64,000 bases of DNA from Promethearchaeota archaeon. Lineage in GTDB: Archaea > Asgardarchaeota > Lokiarchaeia > Sigyniarchaeales > SOKP01. The notes below the pieces were generated by a model, which was not told the DNA's origin, did not search any database, and saw only the letters and a list, made by a program, of their open reading frames with translations. The translations under genes and the position numbers were made by a program. The DNA is taken from positions 23,897-87,896 of the forward strand of contig JABCSY010000003.1 in NCBI GenBank assembly GCA_018238625.1, given 5' to 3'. Below, piece by piece: positions 8,578 through 18,962 of this stretch (its first letter is position 1; each line of letters opens with the position of its first letter).

Positions 8578-11487
8578 TCACGGCAATAATAGGTCTATTT
8601 TTTTAGTTATTCTACGTGTAATATCGAACGGATCTTTATAATAAATGTTAAGGTTAACTTCGTCAACTGTGGGGTCTGTTAAGTTTTTTTCAATATTTCG
8701 TTCGATTCTTAAGACATAATTGAACTTAAACACATTTCCAGGTTTTAACTCTTTAATATATAGATATTTAGGAAAGCTTTCTTTTCTCAAAAATGTTAGG
8801 TACACAGGAGTCTTAAGAGAAATTTGTAATTCTGAAAACATTAGATTGGTTGGATTGTTCAATTTAAAATTAAAATAAATCTTATTTCCGATCGTCTTTA
8901 TGCTCTTGAAGAAAAGGATATCCTTCGGTTCAATAATATCTTCTATCCTTGGCGAATAAAGGCTGTCCTTAATAATTTTTGCATTGAGTTTATTTTTATT
9001 AACGAACTTTACAAGTTTTTCTTTCAACGGATCGATATCTAAATCTATAAAAGAGGAAAGACTCTCTAATTTAATAGGATTCATGACATCGAGATAATAT
9101 TTTATTTGGTTTAAGAGAAGTTTATCTTTACTCTTTTGTGTAAAGATTTTTAGTTTATTGATAAGCATTTCCTTAAACGATACAAATTTTGTAATAGAAG
9201 GTCTTATGTATAGGTTAAAAACATCATTTTCTTCAGTTAGTTTTCCTACAATATTGTCTATTTGATTTTCATAATCCTCGATATAATTTTGAATTTGGTT
9301 AGTATTCATTTCTATAAGCTTTTTAGCGTCCGAGAATTCACTCCTTTTTAGCAAGATACTTAATTTTGATTCTAAATTAACGAAACTATCGTTAAATCGT
9401 TTAAGACCTTCGATTCCTTGCGTGATGATTGATTGTATATGACCTTGGAATAATATTGAAGATAACATTTTAAGTTTTTGATCTTTAACTTTGCTATTAG
9501 AGCGTTGAATTTCAAGTACGATTCTATCTTTTATTAACCTTACTTTTCTATCTAAATCGCTCAAATATTCTTGAAGTTCTATCTTAACAGCAACCCAGTT
9601 TCTTAACAAATCTTTAAACATTTCATTAAATTCTACATTCTGCACTAAGATTTCACGAATATCGTCATCAAGTTTGAATAGATAATTTCTAAGTTGTGTA
9701 ATTTGTTGGAATCTTTCTTCGATTTCGTCATCGGGAAAATTCTCTAATAGCAGCTCGTCAAAGCTTTCGGGAAGTTTATAATCCTTCAGATAATCATATT
9801 GAACTTTTAATACTTTAATACGGTCATCTAAAAGTTTAACTTTTGATTTTAGGCTAACAGTAAATTCTGCTTTCTTTTCTTCAAAAATCTCGGAAATGAA
9901 TCCTCTGATAATACTGAGTTCATCAATAATGGTAACTTTAGTTTCTTCCCAATCCTCTATTAAATTAAACGCTAATCTCTTGTACTCGAATTTGTTTAGC
10001 CTCTTATTAAATTTCTTTACTTTTTTTAGTATTTTACGGTACACTTTATCTAATTCCATTTCAGTCTCGTGAAATTTGAATTCTTTTATGTAAGAATTCA
10101 TTTTTTCTCTAAATTGAGCTGGAATTTTTTGGAATTCGTGAATTTTTTTATGAAACATTTCTAAATCTTCGTTAACAATTTGGATTGTTTTATCAATTTC
10201 TTTAAATTTTGCTTTGATAATTTTAATCGTATAAATGATTTCTTCGTTTACATCTGGATCGCTTTCAGATTTTAAAACTTTTTCCAATTCTATAAAAATC
10301 CAGACAGCTACTTTTTGACTTTCTAATATAAAACTTATATTCCTCAAAAGAATAATAGTTTTTTTTCTTTGACGCCAATATTTAGATTCTAATTGGTATA
10401 AAATTTTTGCAATTTCGTTTTCAATTTCTACTTGATATTCTTCATAAAGGCGCTTAAAAACGAGAGCAACTGCTTTTCTGACGTTTTCAGATGGATTTTC
10501 AAACTCTTCAAAGATGTAATTAAAAACTTCCATAATATTGTTTTGACACAAGTGATACAGCGCATTAATAATTACATTTCTAAATTCGGGCTCGCCTGTA
10601 TATAATGCTGTTTTTAAATTCGCCCAAATTTGATCGAAATTATTCTCCGCAATGTTTACCAAAGAATCGATTACTCTAAGTTGGATACGGTAGTTATTTT
10701 CTTTTAAAAGGTTAATCAATTTAGGTATAATTGGAATTATTTCTGACGATTTTTCTTTTCCTATTTCTCCAATTAACCAAATAATGAGTTCTTTTACGCG
10801 AGCTTGTTCGTTGTTAAGAAGGTTTAATAGAACATATATAATATTTTCCTTTGATAGAAAATAAGTACCAAGGATTTTCAAAAGTTCTGCGGACGACCTC
10901 GCAACGTCATCGTCTTCGTCCCTTAAATTAACGATTACAATAGAAAGTAACGGCTCTAATTCTCGTATCTTAGTGTAGTCTTGATTTATAATTTTCTTAA
11001 GAGTCTTGATAACTTGAAGTTTAACTTCCCAGTCATTATCCATCAATTTTTCTGTAAATTCTTCAATAATGTCTCGTAACTTTTCTCTATCAATGTGTAA
11101 AGAAAGAATTAGATTCCCAATAATCTTTACAGCTAATCTCCTAATAGAGGGTTCTTGATCAAAAAGTCGTGACCTTATCTTATTTATTAGATCAATTAAT
11201 AAATTTGGACGGTACATTGAAATTTGATACAGAATTTCCAAAGAAACTAATCTAATCCAAGAGTTAATATCATTTATTGTATTTGCTAAGTTTCTTACTG
11301 TTCTTAAAGAAATTGCCGGTGACTTATCGCAGATTTTATTCAATAAAGTTAAACTATCGTATAGTAGTTCTTTATTTGAGTGCTCTGGATTTTCAATAAT
11401 TTCAAAAAGTTCTTCAGCGGCATTTTCATAACTACCGCTTAAAATTAATTCTTCAACTTTTCTTTCGTCTAATGTCAGAATAGTCAA
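8578..11487 (-). CDS. Large HEAT-repeat protein with coiled coil, winged-helix/PCI-like segment and C-terminal beta-sandwich
   Basis: Repeated D-x-x-x-x-(V/I)R HEAT motifs in about the first 430 aa. Helical middle region. Beta-rich C-terminus (IYFNFKLNNPT...ELKPGNVFKFNYVL...VNLNIYYKD). Confidence 0.75.
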   Translation of the reverse strand: MTILTLDERKVEELILSGSYENAAEELFEIIENPEHSNKELLYDSLTLLNKICDKSPAISLRTVRNLANTINDINSWIRLVSLEILYQISMYRPNLLIDLINKIRSRLFDQEPSIRRLAVKIIGNLILSLHIDREKLRDIIEEFTEKLMDNDWEVKLQVIKTLKKIINQDYTKIRELEPLLSIVIVNLRDEDDDVARSSAELLKILGTYFLSKENIIYVLLNLLNNEQARVKELIIWLIGEIGKEKSSEIIPIIPKLINLLKENNYRIQLRVIDSLVNIAENNFDQIWANLKTALYTGEPEFRNVIINALYHLCQNNIMEVFNYIFEEFENPSENVRKAVALVFKRLYEEYQVEIENEIAKILYQLESKYWRQRKKTIILLRNISFILESQKVAVWIFIELEKVLKSESDPDVNEEIIYTIKIIKAKFKEIDKTIQIVNEDLEMFHKKIHEFQKIPAQFREKMNSYIKEFKFHETEMELDKVYRKILKKVKKFNKRLNKFEYKRLAFNLIEDWEETKVTIIDELSIIRGFISEIFEEKKAEFTVSLKSKVKLLDDRIKVLKVQYDYLKDYKLPESFDELLLENFPDDEIEERFQQITQLRNYLFKLDDDIREILVQNVEFNEMFKDLLRNWVAVKIELQEYLSDLDRKVRLIKDRIVLEIQRSNSKVKDQKLKMLSSILFQGHIQSIITQGIEGLKRFNDSFVNLESKLSILLKRSEFSDAKKLIEMNTNQIQNYIEDYENQIDNIVGKLTEENDVFNLYIRPSITKFVSFKEMLINKLKIFTQKSKDKLLLNQIKYYLDVMNPIKLESLSSFIDLDIDPLKEKLVKFVNKNKLNAKIIKDSLYSPRIEDIIEPKDILFFKSIKTIGNKIYFNFKLNNPTNLMFSELQISLKTPVYLTFLRKESFPKYLYIKELKPGNVFKFNYVLRIERNIEKNLTDPTVDEVNLNIYYKDPFDITRRITKKIDLLLP

Positions 11488-11651
11488 TAGCCTTCTATCT
11501 TGTAATTCTAATATTGAACTAATTATATTTTTGATGTTAATCTTTAAAAATGTTTTTCAACAATAACATAAAATTATATCATTTTATAATTAATCAGAAA
11601 ATAAACAAAAAAAAATAGTAATAATATCTAAAAAAAAATTGAAATTGATAT

Positions 11652-12215
11652 TTATTCTAATAATTCAATTATCGCAGTACCGGGAGTTGCAATTCTCTCT
11701 CGATATGTAAGAATACCCTCTGGAACATCCTTTGTTTTGACTAAACCTTTCTCAATATCTTTTTCAGAAATATACCCTCTCTCACCAGCTTCAAATTGCT
11801 TTATAATATTACCGTCTTTGTCTTTAATATCAACATCTGTTATTGTAGTTTGCTTAACATCGAAATAAACGCTCTTCCCTTCAATTTTTGTAATATTAGC
11901 TTCAGTGATAAGTAAATCTCCACACCTTACCATAGATCTCATTGAAACATCTGTTTCAATTAGTGTTCCATATTTTCCATGCTCTAGAAAATCTTCAAAT
12001 AATTTTGTAATGAATCCAAAACTAAAGAGCCCATGAGCTATTATGCCTTTAAGTCCCGCCTTCTCAGCTACAACATCGTTGGTGTGTATTGGGTTGGTAT
12101 CTCCCGACGCTTTCGCGTATTTTTTTAACAAATCTCGGGTAATTCCATTAAATTCATTTTTAATAACTTCTCCAACTTTAACATCTGAAATTTTTACCAT
12201 TTTTTTTACCTCCAT
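11652..12215 (-). CDS. MaoC-family (R)-specific hydratase/dehydratase, catalytic subunit
   Basis: YAKASGDTNPIH and GIIAHG hydratase-2 motifs. Confidence 0.9.
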   Translation of the reverse strand: MEVKKMVKISDVKVGEVIKNEFNGITRDLLKKYAKASGDTNPIHTNDVVAEKAGLKGIIAHGLFSFGFITKLFEDFLEHGKYGTLIETDVSMRSMVRCGDLLITEANITKIEGKSVYFDVKQTTITDVDIKDKDGNIIKQFEAGERGYISEKDIEKGLVKTKDVPEGILTYRERIATPGTAIIELLE

Positions 12216-12230
12216 TTTTTTTCTGCGGCA

Positions 12231-12731
12231 TTAGTAGCCTCCCGGCCGCACTGCAACTATTACTGTAGGTTTGCAAACTAATTCGCTATTTTGATTTTTT
12301 ACGGAGACGAACAATTCAGCAAATAATACCATGTTTTTCTCTACAACCCAAACTTTACCCCATTTAGCAGTTATTTTAAGTTTATCTCCTGGCTTCACAT
12401 TTACGCATCCACCCCAGTCATATTTCTGACCCCCATGTAATAGTTTTCCTACATTTAACATAAAAGGTCGTTCTATGCCATCTTGTATTAATTTCATTCC
12501 TAAAAGCAATTTATATAATGCCTTGATTGTGAAATTATTAGCAAAAGCGTGACACGCAATTATTCCTTCCTCTTCGGGTCCAACATATTTTGGATCGGTG
12601 ATGCCATATACTTTAGCAAATCCGACTAACGTTTTATATCTTACATTTACTGTTGCCGATCCTTCAACTTCTTTTCCAGCAAGATTTTTGACTAAGAAAT
12701 CTGCATTTTTCTTAACTTCTTCTGGTTCCAT
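12231..12731 (-). CDS. MaoC-like dehydratase N-terminal/partner hot-dog subunit
   Basis: FAKVYGITDPKY and LLHGGQKY...VKPGDKL. Adjacent to the MaoC gene, like a HadAB pair. Confidence 0.75.
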   Translation of the reverse strand: MEPEEVKKNADFLVKNLAGKEVEGSATVNVRYKTLVGFAKVYGITDPKYVGPEEEGIIACHAFANNFTIKALYKLLLGMKLIQDGIERPFMLNVGKLLHGGQKYDWGGCVNVKPGDKLKITAKWGKVWVVEKNMVLFAELFVSVKNQNSELVCKPTVIVAVRPGGY

Positions 12732-12831
12732 TTTTCTTAACTTCTTTTGTTTTTTACTTTTAAAATTATTAATTATATATTTTAATTATTCTCATTTTAA
12801 TTAAAACTTTAATTTATATCCAATTTTCTTC

Positions 12832-13554
12832 TTAAACCTTAATTTTAGTATAAACTTGGTTTTGCAATTCAATATTTTTAAAGTAATTGAATATGCGTGA
12901 ATTTAGGAAGGTGCCGTTTAATAAAATACAGCTAATTTTGTGTTTATCTATTAATGTTAATAAATAAGAATCAATTGGTTTTGATTTTTTTAAATTATCT
13001 TGACTTAATCCGATTTCAGCCAAACCCCCGCTTTTTTTTAATTCTCTATATTGTATTGTGGAGATTTCTTTAATCACTTCATTATTTTTGTTATAAATTC
13101 CCTCTACATCCTTAATCAAATAACATTCGTTTAGATTTAATTTATTAGCAATATAGATTGCTATTGAATCAGAAGTAACATCCCAGCTATGTGGTATGTC
13201 GTCGTTTTTCTTGAGATAATTATAAGGCAAAAAGATGCAAAAAATTCTTTTAGCGCGTTGTATTTTCTCGAAATCATCGATACATTCAAAATCGGGAAAC
13301 TTCCTATTCAAATCTGTTCCGTTATAATCCATAGAAAAGATGGCCATCCAATGGGCAAGGTCATCTCCAATAACTAATTTTTTATCGATGCTTCTAATAA
13401 AATTAGCATACGATCCACCACCAGGGATTATAATTATTTTCTGAAGGGTGTTATCGTCATACAATTTTTTAAGCTGGGATATAGTACATTCGAGGTTTTT
13501 ATAATCTTCTAAAATTTTTCCACCTATTTTAAAAACTGCGTTATTATGTGGCAT
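12832..13554 (-). CDS. mfnE: Amino-acid kinase family protein, MfnE-like (methanofuran biosynthesis)
   Basis: KIGG, IPGGGSYA, AHWMAI, PHSWDVTSDSIA and KDVEGIY motifs. Adjacent to mfnF. Confidence 0.75.
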   Translation of the reverse strand: MPHNNAVFKIGGKILEDYKNLECTISQLKKLYDDNTLQKIIIIPGGGSYANFIRSIDKKLVIGDDLAHWMAIFSMDYNGTDLNRKFPDFECIDDFEKIQRAKRIFCIFLPYNYLKKNDDIPHSWDVTSDSIAIYIANKLNLNECYLIKDVEGIYNKNNEVIKEISTIQYRELKKSGGLAEIGLSQDNLKKSKPIDSYLLTLIDKHKISCILLNGTFLNSRIFNYFKNIELQNQVYTKIKV

Positions 13555-13569
13555 TATTGACCCCAGATA

Positions 13570-14649
13570 TTATAATTGAAAATAAAATGCTCCCGCAACA
13601 GCAAAAGCGGAAGAACTAATACGATCCGGAATATTAGTTATTTCTTCATAGCTTAAAATATTCCTATAACCTAATTTTTGTAGAACATTTTTAATTAAAA
13701 ATCCAGCAGATAATCCGGTAATAACAAATTTTGGCTCATTGTTAAATTCAGGCTTTCTAAGAGTTAAATCTTTCATAAATTCTTGAATTTCGGTTATAAT
13801 TATCTCCAGTTGTTCGTCATAAATATATTTCGCAATTGTATCTAATTCTGTTTTTGTAATCGTTTCTAAGTCCATACATATCACCCTTGCTAATCGGGCG
13901 TAGCAATTTTCTAACGATTTTGAACGATTATCTGCTGTATCATTAAGATATTCTTCGTTAGAAATATTGTTTAATATTCTATGAACATCCGAAACTAGAG
14001 CAAACTTTTCGAAAGAGATTCGAGCCATCTTTCCTTTATAGGGAACGAAGTGAGTTAGAGAAGGTATTGTCGGCCTTAAACCCCCCGTATAAATCAATTC
14101 GTGATTTATTAATCTCTCAACATCGTTTTTTCCCTTAGCAACAGGTACAGAATTTAAAATAGGGATTATATCAATAGTAGTAGAGCCCGCATCTATTAAA
14201 ATACATTTTGAAACGAATTTACCTAAAAATAACGAGGTTGACACCCAATTTGCAGCCTCTATTGATGCATATTCTTCTCTTGCTTGAGAAAAATTAATAA
14301 ACTTGCTATTATTGTTAATAAAGAGCATTTTTTCGGCATCAAAGACTTGTTCTAAAGCATCTAATATTGTAGAAATGCCTTCGCGTTTAGTTGGAAACGC
14401 ATCTGAAAGCTCGGCAGTAATAGTAATAGAGATAAAGTCTACTTCTTTCAAGGATACCTTGTTTTTCATAATTAAGTTTTCTACGATTCTTCTGAGCATA
14501 TTAGGAATATCAGTTATTGTTTTTTCCCAGAAAGGAAAATATTCTATAAATGAAAACGATTCAAAAATTTCTGAGTTTTTAAATTTAACAAGAGCTGCTT
14601 TAGTATTCGCTCCACCAATATCGAGCCCTAAAATGTATTTACATACCAT
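13570..14649 (-). CDS. mfnF: Hydantoinase/oxoprolinase family H4MPT-linked C1 transfer protein, MfnF-like
   Basis: GLDIGGANTK, TAELSDAF, AANW, DAGSTTIDIIP and ELIYTG motifs. Confidence 0.85.
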   Translation of the reverse strand: MVCKYILGLDIGGANTKAALVKFKNSEIFESFSFIEYFPFWEKTITDIPNMLRRIVENLIMKNKVSLKEVDFISITITAELSDAFPTKREGISTILDALEQVFDAEKMLFINNNSKFINFSQAREEYASIEAANWVSTSLFLGKFVSKCILIDAGSTTIDIIPILNSVPVAKGKNDVERLINHELIYTGGLRPTIPSLTHFVPYKGKMARISFEKFALVSDVHRILNNISNEEYLNDTADNRSKSLENCYARLARVICMDLETITKTELDTIAKYIYDEQLEIIITEIQEFMKDLTLRKPEFNNEPKFVITGLSAGFLIKNVLQKLGYRNILSYEEITNIPDRISSSAFAVAGAFYFQL

Positions 14650-14698
14650 AATTACAGTATAAGCTTATTTAGAAGTTCTAAAACATCGTTATCGTATT

Positions 14699-15169
14699 TT
14701 AAGTCGTCTTTTTTCTTCTTTTTCTAGTTTCTTGTACTTCAAGAAACATGCCTAAAATTTCTTCTGTATCAAAATATGCATATGTTTGTTTTCCTATTGA
14801 TCCTGAATAAATCTTTTCAATTCCACGTTTTTCGAAATATTCAATATATGAATCTATATTTTCAATAAAAAGACTGACATGATGAAGTCCTTCCCTGCCT
14901 TGATCTAAAAATTCTTTAAAGACTGATTCACCTTCAATAAGTTGAATCAATTCAATTTGAATGTTAAATTGGCGACTTAGAGCTATCTTTGTGTTTACTT
15001 TGGAGTCTTTTCCTCTATATTTAACAACTTGAGTTGTTTCTGGTATAATTGCAAATTTTGGCATATTGAAGAGTTCTTCAAAAATTTTTGCTTGTTTTTC
15101 AATATCCTTATAGACAAAACCTAATTGTTCGACTTTCAGATTTTTAAAATTAACATTAAATTCTTCCAT
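14699..15169 (-). CDS. VOC/glyoxalase superfamily protein (methylmalonyl-CoA epimerase-like)
   Basis: QLGFVYKDIE, IELIQ and EFLDQGREGLHHVS motifs. Start moved to ATG 15169. Confidence 0.85.
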   Translation of the reverse strand: MEEFNVNFKNLKVEQLGFVYKDIEKQAKIFEELFNMPKFAIIPETTQVVKYRGKDSKVNTKIALSRQFNIQIELIQLIEGESVFKEFLDQGREGLHHVSLFIENIDSYIEYFEKRGIEKIYSGSIGKQTYAYFDTEEILGMFLEVQETRKRRKKTT

Positions 15170-15287
15170 AATTATTTTTCTCCGGCTAAGCATATAAAAA
15201 TTTCTAAATTGAACTATCATGAAAAATAATAAATAAAGTTTGTAAAGTTTGTAATAAAGATTAATAGTTTCGAGTCAATCTTGATAA

Positions 15288-16328
15288 TTACTGTGAGTTA
15301 TCGTACTTATCCTTTAAATAAGATACCACTTCATCAAGATTTTCTCCAGTTAAGGCGTTAATTAAAAAGTACTCTTCGTCTCTGATATTTAACTTTTCTT
15401 TAAGATATTCAATCTCATCAGCGTTGGCTAAATCCATTTTATTGAATAGAAGTACAATCTGGATTTTTCCCTCTTTTGTAAAATTATTTTTAATTTCGTA
15501 AAATAAGTCCAATTGCGAATCAATAGAATAACCACATGCGGGAGTTGGGTCAAATACGAAAAGAATTAAGTCAGATATTAGTTTTAGAGCTAAAACTGCT
15601 TGTAATTCAATGTTGTTTCTTTCTACCATTGACCTGTCCAATATTCCGGGTGTGTCCATAATTTGTAATTTAATTGAATCAAATTTCCTCTCGATAAATA
15701 GATGGCCTAACGATAATTTTTTTGTTGTGAATGGGTATTCTTGAATTTCAACTTTTTTGTTCGTCGAAATATTTTTCACAATACTACTTTTACCCACGTT
15801 AGGATATCCCGCGACTACGATACAATGTATAGTGTAGTCGAGCGAGGGGATTTCTTTTAATCTCCCTCTAACGCTATTTAAATATTCGAGGTTTTTATTT
15901 TGTTTTCTAATTATCGACGAAATTCTTCCAAATGCAGCTCTTCTGATTCGATCAGCGTCTCTAGGTGCTTCAATCTGGCTTAATTGTTTTGAATGTTCTC
16001 TTTCTAATTTGCTTAAAAGGGGTAAAATTCCATTAAGTTTTCCAAGAGTTAATTTTAACTCGTCAACATCGACCAATAATGACGCCAACTCTTTGTAAAA
16101 ATCAGGCAGATCGTCTATTATTGGCACTTTCTTAATTATGCCAAGAATTCTATCTATTAATTCCTTATTTGCTACTTTTATTCGTGTAAATTCCTTTTTT
16201 TTTGCCTTTAAAAGAATAGGCGCATTCTTTGAGACTTTAGCGCTACTTTTCATAGCTCTCTTAAAAGCTATGTCTAATAATTCTTTTGAATTATGGACGT
16301 GGGAAAATTCTAAAAAGGGGTTCTTCAT
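15288..16328 (-). CDS. NOG1-family nucleolar GTP-binding protein
   Basis: GYPNVGKSS, YPFTTK, DTPG and NKMD motifs, plus a NOG1-type N-terminal helical domain. Confidence 0.9.
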   Translation of the reverse strand: MKNPFLEFSHVHNSKELLDIAFKRAMKSSAKVSKNAPILLKAKKKEFTRIKVANKELIDRILGIIKKVPIIDDLPDFYKELASLLVDVDELKLTLGKLNGILPLLSKLEREHSKQLSQIEAPRDADRIRRAAFGRISSIIRKQNKNLEYLNSVRGRLKEIPSLDYTIHCIVVAGYPNVGKSSIVKNISTNKKVEIQEYPFTTKKLSLGHLFIERKFDSIKLQIMDTPGILDRSMVERNNIELQAVLALKLISDLILFVFDPTPACGYSIDSQLDLFYEIKNNFTKEGKIQIVLLFNKMDLANADEIEYLKEKLNIRDEEYFLINALTGENLDEVVSYLKDKYDNSQ

Positions 16329-16381
16329 GAAATTTTGTAACAAAATTTAATTAATTAGTTATATAAAAGAAGCCTAAAATA

Positions 16382-17743
16382 TTACAATTTCGCTTTTAGC
16401 TTTAAAATCTTTTGCTCGATTTCTGAGATTTTGATAGATAAATCAATGGAATCTTTAGGAATTGATTCGTATAATTGAAGAATATACTGATACCGAGCCA
16501 GAACCCTGGAAAATTTGTTCATACTCTCTTCTTTTTCTGCTTTAGCTCTTATTAGCTCTGCTTTCTCTAACTTATTTTTAATTTCAGGAGAAAGAGCAAG
16601 TTGTCTTTGCTGCAGCTTTGCTTTATATTTTTGCTTCTCACTTAAAACACTTAATACTTTTTTCTGAAATTCTTGTTCATCTTCTAATTTTTTTAGTGTA
16701 GCTCGCTCTAACTTCAATTCTTCTTCTTTTTTATATCGATCTATATTTAATAACTCATTTCGCAAAATAGTTATTTGATCACGCCAACCAAGCTGAGTAA
16801 ATAATTCAATCGCTTGTTTATATAAAGATTTAGCCTCATCGTAATCCTTTTGTTGAAGACTTTGGTTTCCTTCGTTTAAAAGATCCTGTGCTTTTACAGT
16901 AAGAGTTTCTACTTGCATTTTCTTTTCTCGAAGTAGTTTTAATTTGTTTTGCTGTTCTTTCCATTTTTGATTACTATGATCATGTTGTTCTTGTGCCATT
17001 GAAATTGACTTGGTTGATAGCTCCTTTTCAATTTCCTCGTTTTTTTTCATTTGTTCAAATAATTTGTATTTTTTACGTTGAGTTATAACGTGGTCTTTTT
17101 GTTTTTCTAATTTACTTCCGGCAAGTTTTATAGGTTTTCTCACTACGCCTAAGCCTTTTTGTATCCTCTGTCGTCTTTTTTCAGCAGAAGCTAACGCTAC
17201 GATATCTTTTAAGGGAACTTGAATGCCTTTAGATTTTCGAAATTGGCCCCATCGTTGGTACTCTTTAATTTCATTTATTTGCCATAATATTTGCTTACAT
17301 TCGTAGTTATAACTAAGTTGATTGAAAATTTTATACGCTTGGTTATAAAGCTTCACAGATTCATCAAACTTGTCTTCTAGAGCTAAATCTCTAGCGAGCT
17401 CTAAAATCTCGTTTCCCTTTATCTCCGATATCTGACTATCTTCAGACTGTGCTACTTTTTCTTTATTCAGACTGGATTTAAAAGGGAGTCTCTCGCTGGG
17501 AGTAATAAATTTATCTTTAGACACGGTTAAAGAGCCATTTTCATCTTTTTCTAAATTCTTTAATCGAACAATTTCTTTTATTACTATCCCAATTTCTCCT
17601 GTTAATCCTAATTTAGTGTAGAGATCTTTAGCTATTAATAAAGAAGAAATAGCTGATGTGTAATTTTTATTTCTTAATGCAATTTTTGATTGAAAGATCA
17701 TCTTTTCAGCTTTTTTCAATAAATCAGCATTCTGGCTTGCCAT
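16382..17743 (-). CDS. Helical-repeat (TPR/MIT-like) coiled-coil protein
   Basis: Three to four repeats of A..(L/I)(Y/F)..LG.......I..(E/Q)(I/L)..(I/L) separated by charged coiled coil. Confidence 0.6.
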   Translation of the reverse strand: MASQNADLLKKAEKMIFQSKIALRNKNYTSAISSLLIAKDLYTKLGLTGEIGIVIKEIVRLKNLEKDENGSLTVSKDKFITPSERLPFKSSLNKEKVAQSEDSQISEIKGNEILELARDLALEDKFDESVKLYNQAYKIFNQLSYNYECKQILWQINEIKEYQRWGQFRKSKGIQVPLKDIVALASAEKRRQRIQKGLGVVRKPIKLAGSKLEKQKDHVITQRKKYKLFEQMKKNEEIEKELSTKSISMAQEQHDHSNQKWKEQQNKLKLLREKKMQVETLTVKAQDLLNEGNQSLQQKDYDEAKSLYKQAIELFTQLGWRDQITILRNELLNIDRYKKEEELKLERATLKKLEDEQEFQKKVLSVLSEKQKYKAKLQQRQLALSPEIKNKLEKAELIRAKAEKEESMNKFSRVLARYQYILQLYESIPKDSIDLSIKISEIEQKILKLKAKL

Positions 17744-17858
17744 GTATTTTTTACAACAAGTTTTTGATTATTATGATATTTATAAATTAATAATTTTAAT
17801 AATTATTCTATAATTACTCATTTAAGTGTATAAAAATTTAATATAAACTTGAACTAAT

Positions 17859-18953
17859 ATGCCTTCGGAAAAAATACAAATTGGAATTTTAGGGGCAACA
17901 GGTATGGTTGGTCAAAATTATATTAAATTATTGAAAGAGCACCCTTGGTTTGAAATTGCTGATGTTGCAGCCTCACCCAGATCTGCAGGTAAACCTTACG
18001 AGGGAGCCGTTAAAGAAAAGTGGCAGATGTCAATAGAAATCCCAAAAGAAGTTAAAAACTTAATCGTTAGAGATGTTCAAGATTTTGACTCCCTTAAACC
18101 TAATATAAGCTTCGTGTTTTCAGCAATGGACTTACCACAAAAAGAAGATACAAAAATAATTGAATTTAAGTACGCTAAGAAAGGTATTCCGGTTATCAGT
18201 AACAGTTCAGCAAACAGATGGACCGCGGATGTGCCTATGATAATCCCAGAAATCAACCATAGTCACACAGAAATAATTCCTATCCAACAAAAAAATAGAG
18301 GAATATCAAAAGGATTTGTCGTAGTTAAACCTAATTGTTCAATTCAGAGTTACATAACGCCAATTTATGCTCTCGAAGAAAAGGGATTTAAAGTTGAGAA
18401 ATTGATCATAACTACACTTCAAGCTGTTTCTGGGGCGGGATACCCGGGAGTCCCTTCTTTAGATATGTTGGATAACATCGTACCTTATATTGGAGGGGAG
18501 GAAGAGAAATCTGAAAAGGAGCCCTTAAAGGTTTTTGGAAAAATTGGAGAAAAAGAAATAATTAACAACGATTCTATACAAATAAGTGCAACTTGTACAC
18601 GGGTTCCAGTTACAGACGGCCACACGGCATGTGTCAACTTGAAGTTTAAAAACAAAATACCCACTAAAGAAGAAATTATTAAAATTTGGAAAGAATTTAT
18701 ATCGATTCCTCAAGAATTAGATTTACCGTTCGCGCCAAAACAACCGATTATTTACTTAGAGGACGTTACTAGACCACAACCGAGGAAAGATAGAGATAAC
18801 GATAAAGGTATGGCAGTTACTGTTGGTCGATTAAGAGAAGATAATGTTTTCGATTACAAGTTTGTTGCGTTAAGTCATAATACAATTAGAGGTGCGGCAG
18901 GTGGAGCAATCTTAAACGCAGAATTATTAAAAGTTAAGGGATTTTTAAATTAA
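17859..18953 (+). CDS. asd: Aspartate-semialdehyde dehydrogenase
   Basis: GATGMVGQ, PNCS, QAVSGAGYPG, RVPVTDGH and HNTIRGAAG motifs. Confidence 0.97.
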   Translation: MPSEKIQIGILGATGMVGQNYIKLLKEHPWFEIADVAASPRSAGKPYEGAVKEKWQMSIEIPKEVKNLIVRDVQDFDSLKPNISFVFSAMDLPQKEDTKIIEFKYAKKGIPVISNSSANRWTADVPMIIPEINHSHTEIIPIQQKNRGISKGFVVVKPNCSIQSYITPIYALEEKGFKVEKLIITTLQAVSGAGYPGVPSLDMLDNIVPYIGGEEEKSEKEPLKVFGKIGEKEIINNDSIQISATCTRVPVTDGHTACVNLKFKNKIPTKEEIIKIWKEFISIPQELDLPFAPKQPIIYLEDVTRPQPRKDRDNDKGMAVTVGRLREDNVFDYKFVALSHNTIRGAAGGAILNAELLKVKGFLN

Positions 18954-18962
18954 TCGTCTTAT

